Origin: a phage
Direction: 5' to 3' (one strand)
Length of the DNA: 64,000 nt
Sequence record: PZ452598.1
The notes beneath the pieces are model-generated. The model saw only the letters and a list, made by a program, of their open reading frames with translations. It did not search any database and was not told the DNA's origin. This document shows positions 36,749 through 46,577 of the stretch, piece after piece; the first letter of the stretch is position 1, and each line of letters starts with the position of its first letter. Made by a program: the position numbers and the translations under genes.

Positions 36749-37414
36749 TTAAAATTTCATTTTTCGACCTTTAAACCATCCTTCTGGAATTGGGTCAGTT
36801 TTCTTAATACGTTTAGAAACTTTTTCATCTAATGAATGAATCCACATCATACCGAATTGGGAATTCTTTTCACCTTTCTGGTGATTATTTTTGGCGTGAG
36901 ATTCTTTCATTTTATTAATAGTTTCAGGAGTATGATGCTTATTTAGAAATCTGCTATTATTTAAAAATTTTTCCCTGTATTCAGGAGTTGACCACAAACG
37001 TTTAAATACATTTGAACCAATTTTACGATATTTTTCTTGAAGTAAAATATCATTTTCAAAACGTGACTTAAACGATTTAGCTCCTTTTAAGCTAGCATCT
37101 TTCTTCTGGTTTAGCATTCCAGGAATATTTACATGATCCCATCCACCTTCACCGCCAAGTTTTAAATTATACACATCTGGTCTATTTAAAAACTCTTCTG
37201 TGACAATATTTTTCTCGGCTTCAAGCATAGATTCTTTATCGTCAAAATACTCTAATATTTCTTTAGAAAAATTTTCTATACCATATTTATCTTGGGCTCT
37301 TTTTAATAATTTACCAGAACCCATATATCCATCATCTAAATTTTCGGTAGAATGCACACCAATATAAATTTTATTATTAATTTTATTTGTTATTTTATAA
37401 GTGTAATAGAACAT
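36749..37414 (-). CDS. segB: GIY-YIG homing endonuclease (221 aa; segB-like) inside tRNA cluster
   Basis: N-terminal YYTYKITNKINNKIYIGVH GIY-YIG motif; located between tRNA-Arg and tRNA-Ile. Confidence 0.7.
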   Translation of the reverse strand: MFYYTYKITNKINNKIYIGVHSTENLDDGYMGSGKLLKRAQDKYGIENFSKEILEYFDDKESMLEAEKNIVTEEFLNRPDVYNLKLGGEGGWDHVNIPGMLNQKKDASLKGAKSFKSRFENDILLQEKYRKIGSNVFKRLWSTPEYREKFLNNSRFLNKHHTPETINKMKESHAKNNHQKGEKNSQFGMMWIHSLDEKVSKRIKKTDPIPEGWFKGRKMKF

Positions 37415-37455
37415 AAATATCTCCTATTTCTAAGAGTATTTATGTTCTCAAAATA

Positions 37456-37529
37456 TGACCCAGACCAGATTTGAACTGGTAACCTTTCCCTTATGAGGGG
37501 ACTGCTGCTAACCATTGAGCTACAGGGCC
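37456..37529 (-). tRNA. tRNA-Ile (anticodon CAU type), no CCA encoded
   Basis: manual fold; anticodon loop CTCATAA; 1 nt from tRNA-Thr (dimeric precursor arrangement). Confidence 0.7.
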
Positions 37530-37530
37530 T

Positions 37531-37606
37531 TGGTGCTGATTGACGGAATCGAACCGCCGACATCCTCATTACAAGTGAGGTGCTCTACCTACTGAGCTAA
37601 ATCAGC
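37531..37606 (-). tRNA. tRNA-Thr (anticodon UGU), CCA encoded
   Basis: manual fold: acceptor GCTGATT, D-arm GCTC-AGTAGGTA-GAGC, anticodon loop CTTGTAA, T-arm GGCGG-TTCGATT-CCGTC. Confidence 0.85.
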
Positions 37607-37613
37607 AAAATTA

Positions 37614-37700
37614 CGGAGGCGATAGGATTTGAACCTATGAGTCGCCGGAGCGACTGCCGGTTTTCAAGACCGGTGCATTAAACCACTCTGCCACGCCTCC
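37614..37700 (-). tRNA. tRNA-Ser (anticodon UGA), long variable arm
   Basis: manual fold: acceptor GGAGGCG, anticodon stem-loop CCGGT-CTTGAAA-ACCGG, extended variable arm, T-arm ATAGG-TTCAAAT-CCTAT. Confidence 0.85.
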
Positions 37701-37702
37701 AG

Positions 37703-37776
37703 TCTCCATACAAGGATTTGAACCTTGGACCTCCTGATCCCAAATCAGGCGCTCTACCAAACTGAGCTACACGGAG
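37703..37776 (-). tRNA. tRNA-Pro (anticodon UGG)
   Basis: manual fold: anticodon stem-loop CCTGA-TTTGGGA-TCAGG; T-arm CAAGG-TTCAAAT-CCTTG. Confidence 0.85.
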
Positions 37777-37786
37777 TAAATTAAAT

Positions 37787-37860
<74 letters not shown>

Positions 37861-37865
37861 AAATT

Positions 37866-37952
37866 TGGTGCGAGAAGTGGGACTCGAACCCACAAGGAAA
37901 TCATTCCGCAGCATTTTAAGTGCTGTGCCTTTACCAATTTGACCATTCTCGC
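37866..37952 (-). tRNA. tRNA-Leu (anticodon UAA), long variable arm, CCA encoded
   Basis: manual fold: acceptor GCGAGAA/TTCTCGC, anticodon loop CTTAAAA, T-arm GTGGG-TTCGAGT-CCCAC. Confidence 0.85.
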
Positions 37953-37953
37953 G

Positions 37954-38026
37954 CTGGGAATAAAGGACTCGAACCTTTGCATCTAGCAGTCAAAGTGCTA
38001 TGCCTTACCAACTTGGCTAATTCCCA
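37954..38026 (-). tRNA. tRNA-Gln (anticodon UUG)
   Basis: manual fold: acceptor TGGGAAT/ATTCCCA, anticodon stem-loop TAGCA-CTTTGAC-TGCTA, T-arm AAGGT-TCGAGTC-CTTTA. Confidence 0.85.
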
Positions 38027-38123
38027 ATTATTAACAAAGGCTCTCTAACAAGAACCCTTGATGATAGAGGGTATTAATCAGTGCGGTATGAGTTAATAAT
38101 AACAAATAATTCTTAAAGCATAT

Positions 38124-38417
38124 TTACCATTTATGATGATACGTATTTACGATACATTCAAGACCCAAAGGATTCTTGAAAATATCATATTCAAGAGGAC
38201 CTTTTTCTGTTTCAATAAAGAAATCAAAATTTACTGTATTAAATTTACGGTCTTCCTTTACTAATTTAACTTGAGAAGATGAACGATCAATGTAAACCTT
38301 TTCAACTTCAAAACACGTTAAAATGCCATAATCATCAATCAAGGCTTTAGCTGCTTCTTGATCATATTTATATCCATTTTCAACGGATGATACTTTCGCA
38401 TAAAGAATCATCATCAA
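38124..38417 (-). CDS. hypothetical protein (97 aa)
   Basis: ORF. Confidence 0.45.
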   Translation of the reverse strand: MMMILYAKVSSVENGYKYDQEAAKALIDDYGILTCFEVEKVYIDRSSSQVKLVKEDRKFNTVNFDFFIETEKGPLEYDIFKNPLGLECIVNTYHHKW

Positions 38418-38824
38418 CCTCTATCAACAATAGCATGAGTATGGGCATTTACGATTTGCCACCAGTCGAAACGATTGGAACCATAATCTGGTTTATTTTC
38501 ATTTTCTTTAATGATATCACGCAGTTTATCTTCTGTTTCAGCATACGCAATTAAATCATCATATCCACCACAAGGATAATAATTATCACCTGCGAATAAA
38601 AGAAAATTTACCTTAGATGGATTTACGTAATAATGGTCTTTAGGATATTTAGTTCCTCTCCAATCAGTTACTTCAACATAACGGTAAGAAAATCCATTTT
38701 TACTTTCAATCCAACTCCACGCTTCAAAAGGAGTATTAAAAACTTTATCAGGTATTAAATTACCTTCAAAATGAGAAGGATTTGCATAATCCCCGGCATA
38801 AACATAATATTCGTTAATACTCAT
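38414..38824 (-). CDS. hypothetical protein (136 aa)
   Basis: ORF, Tyr/Trp-rich. Confidence 0.45.
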   Translation of the reverse strand: MSINEYYVYAGDYANPSHFEGNLIPDKVFNTPFEAWSWIESKNGFSYRYVEVTDWRGTKYPKDHYYVNPSKVNFLLFAGDNYYPCGGYDDLIAYAETEDKLRDIIKENENKPDYGSNRFDWWQIVNAHTHAIVDRG

Positions 38825-39010
38825 TTATTCACCTTTAGAAATTTTATCCATAACGATAGCAATTAAACCAATTAAAAATGCTACTACAAGTGAAAACACA
38901 TTTTCTGCTGTAGTTAATAATCCGCATATAAATCCAACAAACATTGAAAAACTAAAAGCAGAAGCAGAAATTGCAATAGCAACATTTCGAATTAATTCAC
39001 AGCGTTTCAT
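38825..39010 (-). CDS. small membrane protein (61 aa)
   Basis: two hydrophobic helices. Confidence 0.45.
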   Translation of the reverse strand: MKRCELIRNVAIAISASAFSFSMFVGFICGLLTTAENVFSLVVAFLIGLIAIVMDKISKGE

Positions 39011-39028
39011 TTTATTCTCCTCAGTAGT

Positions 39029-39066
39029 TGATAGGGTAATAGTATCACAGCTAAAACCCTATGTAA
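39029..39066 (-). promoter_or_regulatory. early promoter GTTTAC-N17/18-TACTAT with conserved leader
   Basis: plus tgtaaac at 39059-39065 and atagta upstream. Confidence 0.5.
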
Positions 39067-39086
39067 ACAACTTTGTGAAATATTTA

Positions 39087-39374
39087 TTACAAAAGATTTT
39101 TAGCAATAATCTTGAGATGTGCCGCAGAAATGTGTTTAGCTTTAAACAACGCAGTTTCTTCAGCAGGAGAGATAACGATTGTAGCACCATCCTTTTTAGC
39201 AGACCACCCATCACCTAGGTAAACAGTACCTTTGATTTCTTCGCCATCAACCAGACTAATCATTGGTTTACCTTCTCGTCCTTTATTTGCTTTAATAACT
39301 TCAGAAGTAAGAGTAGCTTCGGTAATGGTAGAAACCGGGGTAGTTGTAGAAGTAAATTCTTTAAATGTTTTCAT
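39087..39374 (-). CDS. ipI: internal protein I (95 aa) with capsid-targeting N-terminus
   Basis: N-terminal MKTFKEFTST... related to MKTYQEFIAEA of ipII/ipIII; size 95 aa. Confidence 0.75.
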   Translation of the reverse strand: MKTFKEFTSTTTPVSTITEATLTSEVIKANKGREGKPMISLVDGEEIKGTVYLGDGWSAKKDGATIVISPAEETALFKAKHISAAHLKIIAKNLL

Positions 39375-39395
39375 TTTTATTTTCCTAATTAATTT

Positions 39396-39440
39396 TGATG
39401 AGGTAATAGTATCACTACCTCATCAGTATGTAAACAACTT
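39396..39440 (-). promoter_or_regulatory. early promoter upstream of ipI with perfect 10-bp inverted repeat TGATGAGGTA-N10-TACCTCATCA enclosing the -10
   Basis: arms 39396-39405 and 39416-39425; -35 gtaaac at 39430-39435. Confidence 0.5.
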
Positions 39441-39447
39441 TGTGAAA

Positions 39448-40144
<697 letters not shown>

Positions 40145-40145
<1 letters not shown>

Positions 40146-40870
40146 TATAGTACCTTTAGTGTATTTTTAATTTTAGAAAAAAGTTCTTCAAGAGAACCAT
40201 CGTTTGTAATTACTAAATCGCCATCACGAATTGGCAATCCAGCTTCTGTAATATGTGTATCATTGGATTTTTGACCAGGACGAACTACATGAATTACTGT
40301 AGCACCCATCGCCCTAGCCGCATCCATTTCATGATCTTGACGGGTATCAGGAACGATATAATAATCATAACCTGAGTTAAATTTATCAAGATAATCTAAA
40401 GCAAATAATTTTACCCAGTACATGCGGTCGAAGTTATTAACAATCAAATCCGTACCTAGGGCTTGCATCAGACGACGGACTGACCATTGATCTTCAATAT
40501 TATTTATAACGTCAGTAATCTTATTAAATGCTACGAAATTAACTGATTCTTTTCCTTCGTCATCAAAAACAAACACACCTTTAATTGGGCTTTTACCATT
40601 AAGATAACAAAATGCTTGTTCCATAATCGTGATTACTTCTAATTTAGTCAGATTTAAATTAGTCTCACGATCATAGTCAATTCCTTCAAACTCTTTACGA
40701 GTTAAGCAAGGATAGTCAGTGTTTGCTGCAAATACTCCCCATGCATAAGCCAATGCATCCTTAATAGGACCAGCAAGTTGGTATTTAACTGCAGAATAAT
40801 TGCTCATGATAAAATCAGCAGTAGTATCTTTTCCACTACGCTTTACACCGCTTAAAAAGATTAGTTTCAT
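40145..40870 (-). CDS. 1: deoxynucleoside monophosphate kinase gp1 (241 aa from MKLIFLSGVKRSGKD)
   Basis: P-loop GVKRSGKD; track start is an upstream extension. Confidence 0.85.
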
Positions 40871-40919
40871 GTGTTTCTCCTCAAATTTAATTAAGATTAT
40901 AACACACAAAACTGAAGCA

Positions 40920-41450
40920 TTAAACTTCTGCTATAATTTTACCATCTTTTTCTACTTGAAAATAGGTGTAAGGAATTGTTGCAGTACATACTAAAGCCGG
41001 GTCTGAATCTTCCGTGTAGCTAAATTCTACTTCAGATAGGTCAGAAACCCAAGGCTTATAAAAATTTATTGACATCACGATTTCAGTTTTGCTATTATCT
41101 AAGATGTAAAGCGTAATGTACTCAGGACCTGTTTTTTGGGCAGTATTTTCACCTGTAAGATAGTTGCTAGTTCCTAGCATCCATTCATACATTCCTATCC
41201 ACGACTTAAGTTCTTCATCAACTATAAATCTCACAATGAGTGGATCATACTCAAATGTAACACCTGGACGTTGTGCTCGGCCCAGTCCAAACGGCCCAGT
41301 CACGGTATCAGTAACAGGTATTCTAATTCCTGGAATAGGAACTGACTGAGCATTTAAAGTAAAAGCAGATGTAGTATTACTATGTGGTATTGATACTACA
41401 AAGTTAGTTGTATTTGCTTGGTTAAAAATTTGTTGCAGAGCTTGCGACAT
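40920..41450 (-). CDS. 3: tail tube terminator/sheath stabiliser gp3 (176 aa from MSQALQQIF)
   Basis: position and size; track start is an upstream extension. Confidence 0.75.
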   Translation of the reverse strand: MSQALQQIFNQANTTNFVVSIPHSNTTSAFTLNAQSVPIPGIRIPVTDTVTGPFGLGRAQRPGVTFEYDPLIVRFIVDEELKSWIGMYEWMLGTSNYLTGENTAQKTGPEYITLYILDNSKTEIVMSINFYKPWVSDLSEVEFSYTEDSDPALVCTATIPYTYFQVEKDGKIIAEV

Positions 41451-41556
41451 ATATTCCTCATAATGCTTTATAACTGTTGGTGGTATAATGGGTCTAAGTC
41501 CCTTCCATTCAATTCCATTTAGAACAAACAACAGAAAAGAATGGAAGATAATAGAA

Positions 41557-42381
41557 TTAGATATTTGACCAGACTTTGTTTGCAGAGAAACGTTTTCCTT
41601 TTGAAACGAACTGCTGAAGTGGCATCAACACAACGTTCGCCCAGTCTTTCGGGGCGATTTCAACAAGGCTACCCATAATATTACCAGGTATATATGCCTT
41701 AATCATTTGGTCTGCACCCCTAAATCCTTTCACTTGACTCCAATCAATTTTTAATTTCGTTTTATTAGTAATAGTAGGTGTATTTGCATATTGCTTTAAA
41801 AGCTCTTCTAGGAATTGCTGACGAGCTTTAGGTGGAATATAGTGCAAGTTTAATCCGTACATTAAATTATGCTTACCTAAACCAAGGTAAATTATCAAAG
41901 GAAATTTATCCCAGTAAGGAAGAGTTTCCTTGTGTTTAGCATCATAAGCAAAAGCATATATTCGTCCCGGCTGCGGGCGAACAACTTTATGTCCTTTTAC
42001 TTGCTTAATAGTTTCAGCAAACCACTTTCTGGTTTTATTATTAATTGCTGCGCCTTCATTACGAATTTTATCACGCAATGTTTGTCTGAATGAATTTATC
42101 ATAAGCAGTTGTCTTTCTTGCTTATTGAGTTTATTCATTGGTTTTGATTCAAGTTTTTGAATCTTTTCAGCCGTTTTAATTCCTGAAGCATATTTTGACA
42201 TTGCTGAAGTAAACGTAGAGTATTTGATTCCTCTTTCTTCAGCAAATTGCTTTCCTGTCATTCCTTTTGCTTTGGCCTTTTTATATTCAAGACCTATCTG
42301 AATCCATTTCTTTTCGTTTAATGATTGCTTAACCTTTGGAACTTGGGGAGTGCTTTCATTAATTATTTGAAAAATAGCCAT
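41557..42381 (-). CDS. 2: DNA end-protector protein gp2 (274 aa)
   Basis: 274-aa basic protein; gene order 4-2-3. Confidence 0.8.
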
Positions 42382-42833
42382 TATGCCCCCTTAAAGCCAA
42401 GAGCTCGTAATCCATCTTCTGTTAGAATTCTAAATTTTATTCCACGCTTTTCAGCTAAAGATTGTGCTGCTTTCCATTTGTCAGTGTTCACAGACCAGGT
42501 ATAAATTTCATTCATAAATCTTTTCTTCGCTGCGGTCGTTAGATGTGCTGGTTTAACTGGTGGTTGTGTTTCTTTTTTAGGTTTTATTTCAATAAAAAAT
42601 TCTTGTCCAGAAGAATCTTTCATCCAAATATCCATGAAGTATCTACGTTTTTTCCCTTCTGCATTACAAAAATAAGGAATTACTGCTGTTTCACTACCCC
42701 ATGCAATAATTTCTGGATTTTTATCTAACCATTCAAAAAAGAATTTTTCCCAATTTGATCTATACGTAATTTTTTTAGGGTCACCTCTATACTTTGATAT
42801 ATTTTTAGGAACCCATTTTCCAGAATATGCCAT
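42381..42833 (-). CDS. 4: head completion protein gp4 (150 aa)
   Basis: 150-aa ORF; stop overlaps gene 2 start; divergent from gene 53. Confidence 0.8.
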
Positions 42834-42844
42834 TGGATTCTCCT

Positions 42845-42852
42845 TATAAATA
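42845..42852 (+). promoter_or_regulatory. late promoter box TATAAATA for gene 53
   Basis: exact TATAAATA 29 nt upstream of gene 53 ATG. Confidence 0.65.
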
Positions 42853-42859
42853 GATAATA

Positions 42860-42867
42860 TATTTATA
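42860..42867 (-). promoter_or_regulatory. late promoter box TATAAATA (minus strand) for gene 4
   Basis: plus tatttata; 27 nt upstream of gene 4 ATG on minus strand. Confidence 0.6.
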
Positions 42868-42880
42868 AACAGGAGGGCCC

Positions 42881-43471
42881 ATGCTCTTTACATTTTTTGA
42901 TCCGATTGAATATGCGGCCAAAACGGTGAATAAAAACGCGCCGACTATTCCTATGACAGATATTTTTAGAAACTATAAAGACTATTTTAAACGCGCTCTT
43001 GCGGGATACCGCTTACGTACTTATTATATTAAAGGTTCACCACGCCCGGAAGAATTAGCAAATGCTATATATGGAAATCCACAGCTGTATTGGGTTTTAT
43101 TGATGTGTAATGATAATTATGACCCGTATTATGGATGGATTACTTCGCAAGAAGCTGCTTATCAAGCATCTATACAAAAATACAAAAACGTAGGTGGAGA
43201 CCAAATAGTATATCATGTGAATGAGAACGGTGAAAAATTTTATAATTTAATATCATACGATGATAATCCATATGTTTGGTATGATAAAGGCGATAAAGCT
43301 AGAAAATATCCTCAATATGAAGGAGCGCTTGCTGCGGTCGATACGTATGAAGCTGCTGTTCTTGAAAATGAAAAACTTCGTCAAATAAAAATAATAGCAA
43401 AATCAGACATCAATTCATTTATGAACGACCTTATACGTATAATGGAGAAATCTTATGGAAATGATAAGTAA
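42881..43471 (+). CDS. 53: baseplate wedge protein gp53 (196 aa)
   Basis: size, position before gene 5. Confidence 0.85.
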   Translation: MLFTFFDPIEYAAKTVNKNAPTIPMTDIFRNYKDYFKRALAGYRLRTYYIKGSPRPEELANAIYGNPQLYWVLLMCNDNYDPYYGWITSQEAAYQASIQKYKNVGGDQIVYHVNENGEKFYNLISYDDNPYVWYDKGDKARKYPQYEGALAAVDTYEAAVLENEKLRQIKIIAKSDINSFMNDLIRIMEKSYGNDK

Positions 43472-45182
43472 TAACCTTAATTGGTTTGTCGGTGTTGTTG
43501 AAGATAGAATGGACCCATTAAAATTAGGTCGTGTTCGTGTTCGTGTGGTTGGTCTGCATCCACCTCAAAGAGCACAAGGTGATGTAATGGGTATTCCAAC
43601 TGAAAAATTACCATGGATGTCAGTTATTCAACCTATAACTTCTGCAGCAATGTCTGGAATTGGAGGTTCTGTTACTGGACCAGTAGAAGGAACTAGAGTT
43701 TATGGTCATTTTTTAGACAAATGGAAAACTAATGGAATTGTCCTTGGCACGTATGGTGGAATAGTTCGCGAAAAACCGAATAGACTTGAAGGATTTTCTG
43801 ACCCAACTGGGCAGTATCCTAGACGTTTAGGAAATGATACTAACGTACTAAACCAAGGTGGAGAAGTAGGATATGATTCGTCTTCTAACGTTATCCAAGA
43901 TAGTAACTTAGACACCGCAATAAATCCCGATGATAGACCGCTATCAGAGATTCCAACCGATGATAATCCAAATATGTCAATGGCTGAAATGCTTCGCCGT
44001 GATGAAGGATTAAGATTAAAAGTTTATTGGGATACCGAAGGATATCCGACAATTGGTATTGGTCATCTTATCATGAAGCAGCCAGTTCGTGATATGGCTC
44101 AAATTAATAAAGTTTTATCAAAACAAGTTGGTCGTGAAATTACAGGAAATCCAGGTTCTATTACAATGGAAGAGGCGACGACTTTATTTGAGCGTGATTT
44201 GGCTGATATGCAACGGGACATTAAATCACATTCTAAAGTAGGACCAGTCTGGCAAGCTGTCAACCGTTCTCGTCAAATGGCGTTAGAAAATATGGCATTT
44301 CAGATGGGTGTTGGTGGTGTAGCTAAATTTAACACAATGTTAACTGCTATGTTAGCAGGAGATTGGGAAAAAGCGTATAAAGCCGGTCGTGATTCATTGT
44401 GGTATCAACAAACAAAAGGCCGTGCATCCCGTGTTACCATGATTATTCTTACGGGGAATTTGGAATCATATGGTGTTGAAGTGAAAACCCCAGCTAGGTC
44501 TCTATCAGCAATGGCTGCTACTGTAGCTAAATCTTCTGACCCTGCTGACCCTCCTATTCCAAATGACTCGAGAATTTTATTCAAAGAACCAGTTTCTTCA
44601 TATAAAGGTGAATATCCTTATGTGCATACAATGGAAACTGAAAGCGGACATATTCAGGAATTTGATGATACCCCTGGGCAAGAACGATATAGATTAGTTC
44701 ATCCAACTGGAACTTATGAAGAAGTATCACCATCAGGAAGAAGAACAAGAAAAACTGTTGATAATTTGTATGATATAACCAATGCTGATGGTAATTTTTT
44801 GGTAGCCGGTGATAAAAAGACTAACGTCGGTGGTTCAGAAATTTATTATAACATGGATAATCGTTTACATCAAATCGATGGAAGCAATACAATATTTGTA
44901 CGTGGAGACGAAACGAAAACTGTTGAAGGTAATGGAACTATCCTAGTTAAAGGTAATGTTACTATTATAGTTGAAGGTAATGCTGACATTACAGTTAAAG
45001 GAGATGCTACCACTTTAGTTGAAGGAAATCAAACTAACACAGTAAATGGAAATCTTTCTTGGAAAGTTGCCGGGACAGTTGATTGGGATGTCGGTGGTGA
45101 TTGGACAGAAAAAATGGCATCTATGAGTTCTATTTCATCTGGTCAATACACAATTGATGGATCGAGGATTGACATTGGCTAA
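43455..45182 (+). CDS. 5: baseplate hub/cell-puncturing protein gp5 with lysozyme domain (575 aa)
   Basis: internal lysozyme domain MAEMLRRDEGLRLKVYWDTEGYPTIGIGHL paralogous to gene e; C-terminal VEGN beta-helix repeats. Confidence 0.95.
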   Translation: MEMISNNLNWFVGVVEDRMDPLKLGRVRVRVVGLHPPQRAQGDVMGIPTEKLPWMSVIQPITSAAMSGIGGSVTGPVEGTRVYGHFLDKWKTNGIVLGTYGGIVREKPNRLEGFSDPTGQYPRRLGNDTNVLNQGGEVGYDSSSNVIQDSNLDTAINPDDRPLSEIPTDDNPNMSMAEMLRRDEGLRLKVYWDTEGYPTIGIGHLIMKQPVRDMAQINKVLSKQVGREITGNPGSITMEEATTLFERDLADMQRDIKSHSKVGPVWQAVNRSRQMALENMAFQMGVGGVAKFNTMLTAMLAGDWEKAYKAGRDSLWYQQTKGRASRVTMIILTGNLESYGVEVKTPARSLSAMAATVAKSSDPADPPIPNDSRILFKEPVSSYKGEYPYVHTMETESGHIQEFDDTPGQERYRLVHPTGTYEEVSPSGRRTRKTVDNLYDITNADGNFLVAGDKKTNVGGSEIYYNMDNRLHQIDGSNTIFVRGDETKTVEGNGTILVKGNVTIIVEGNADITVKGDATTLVEGNQTNTVNGNLSWKVAGTVDWDVGGDWTEKMASMSSISSGQYTIDGSRIDIG

Positions 45183-45216
45183 TATACTTCCAATGAGCGC
45201 TGATTTAGGAGAATCC

Positions 45217-45711
45217 ATGGAAGGTTCTTCTATCGACGTCACCTTTACCGCTCAATTAGAAACAGGTGAAACGTTAGTATCTATAAATATAACTAGTTAC
45301 GAAGAAACTCCTGGGGTTTTAGTAGAAGAAAATCGCTTATATGGAACATATGAATCTGTATTTGGTTTCGGAAATGACGCGTTGAAATATCGTTTAGGCG
45401 ATGAATTTAAAACTGCTGCTTCATGGGAAGAACTTCCTACTGATTCTGATACTCAGTTGTATTTGTGGAAAGCTCCTCAAAACCTCCAGAAGACATTCAC
45501 TTACGAAGTAACATTAATATATGACTACCAAGAACAAAGTGAATCTGGGGGTTCTGGCAGTAATTCTAGGTCATCTTCTGATACTACTGAACCGACAGAT
45601 CCTCCTGCTCCAGTAAGAAAAACTCTAGTTAAAAATTATACTAAAACTATAGTTGGAAATTGGAGTCGTTGGGCTAATAAACTGAGAAAATATGCCTATG
45701 CAAGACCATAA
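45217..45711 (+). CDS. hypothetical protein gp5.1 (164 aa from MEGSSIDVTF; track start 45154 overlaps gene 5)
   Basis: AGGAG SD 5 nt before ATG at 45217. Confidence 0.55.
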   Translation: MEGSSIDVTFTAQLETGETLVSINITSYEETPGVLVEENRLYGTYESVFGFGNDALKYRLGDEFKTAASWEELPTDSDTQLYLWKAPQNLQKTFTYEVTLIYDYQEQSESGGSGSNSRSSSDTTEPTDPPAPVRKTLVKNYTKTIVGNWSRWANKLRKYAYARP

Positions 45712-46288
45712 ATATTTTTATTTGTATTCAATAACTAATAAAACAACAGAAAAAATTTATGTAGGCGTCCACAAAACTTCAAATTTGGATGATGGGTATA
45801 TGGGTTCTGGCGTTGCCATTAAAAATGCCATTAAAAAATATGGCATAGATAATTTTTATAAGCATATTATAAAATTCTTTGAATCTGAAAAAGCTATGTA
45901 TGACGCAGAGGCAGAAATAGTCACAGAGGAATTTGTTAAATCTAAGAAAACTTATAATATGAAACTAGGCGGTATCGGTGGCTTCCCAAAACATAACACA
46001 GCGGGTGCTAAAAATGGATTTTACGGTAAATCTCATTCGCGTGAAACTAGATTGAAAATTAGCATTAAATCGTCTAGAAAAAGAGGGCCTAGAGGGCCTA
46101 GAGGTAAAACTCTGAAGATGTGTGGCGCCAATAACCCAAGGTATGGCAAAATAGCCCCTAATGCTAAATCTGTTATTATCAACGGCGTTTTATATAAAAG
46201 TATTAAAATCGCAGCTAAAGCTCTTAATATAAATTATAGTACCTTAAAGGGGCGAGTTAAAGCGGGGTATTATAAATGTCAGGATTAA
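45692..46288 (+). CDS. segC: GIY-YIG homing endonuclease (about 196-198 aa; segC-like)
   Basis: [19 protein letters not shown]...[10 protein letters not shown]; about 50 percent identical by eye to segB-like ORF at 36749-37414 over N-terminal 90 aa. Confidence 0.6.
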
Positions 46289-46569
46289 GTTATGATAAGT
46301 GTGTTACTGCTGGCCATGAAGCGTGGCCTCCAACAGTTGTGAATGCTACACAAAGTAAAGTATTCACTGGAGGAATTGCTGTTCTCGTAGCAGGCGATCC
46401 AATTACAGAACATACAGAAATTAAAAAGCCGTATGAAACACATGGCGGAGTGACACAACCTAGAACTTCTAAGGTATATGTCACTGGAAAGAAAGCTGTT
46501 CAAATGGCTGATCCAATATCATGCGGTGATACTGTGGCTCAGGCATCATCTAAAGTATTCATTAAATAG
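46276..46569 (+). CDS. 5.4: PAAR-repeat spike tip protein gp5.4 (97 aa)
   Basis: PAAR-like repeats ([29 protein letters not shown]). Confidence 0.8.
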
Positions 46570-46577
46570 GATTTAAA

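Noticed and set aside
43706-43915. Minus-strand ORFs inside late structural genes (for example 43706-43915, 52001-52336, 56327-57229, 57865-58104, 59558-59794)
   Set aside because: All lie within long, well-supported plus-strand structural genes; no start context or coupling.
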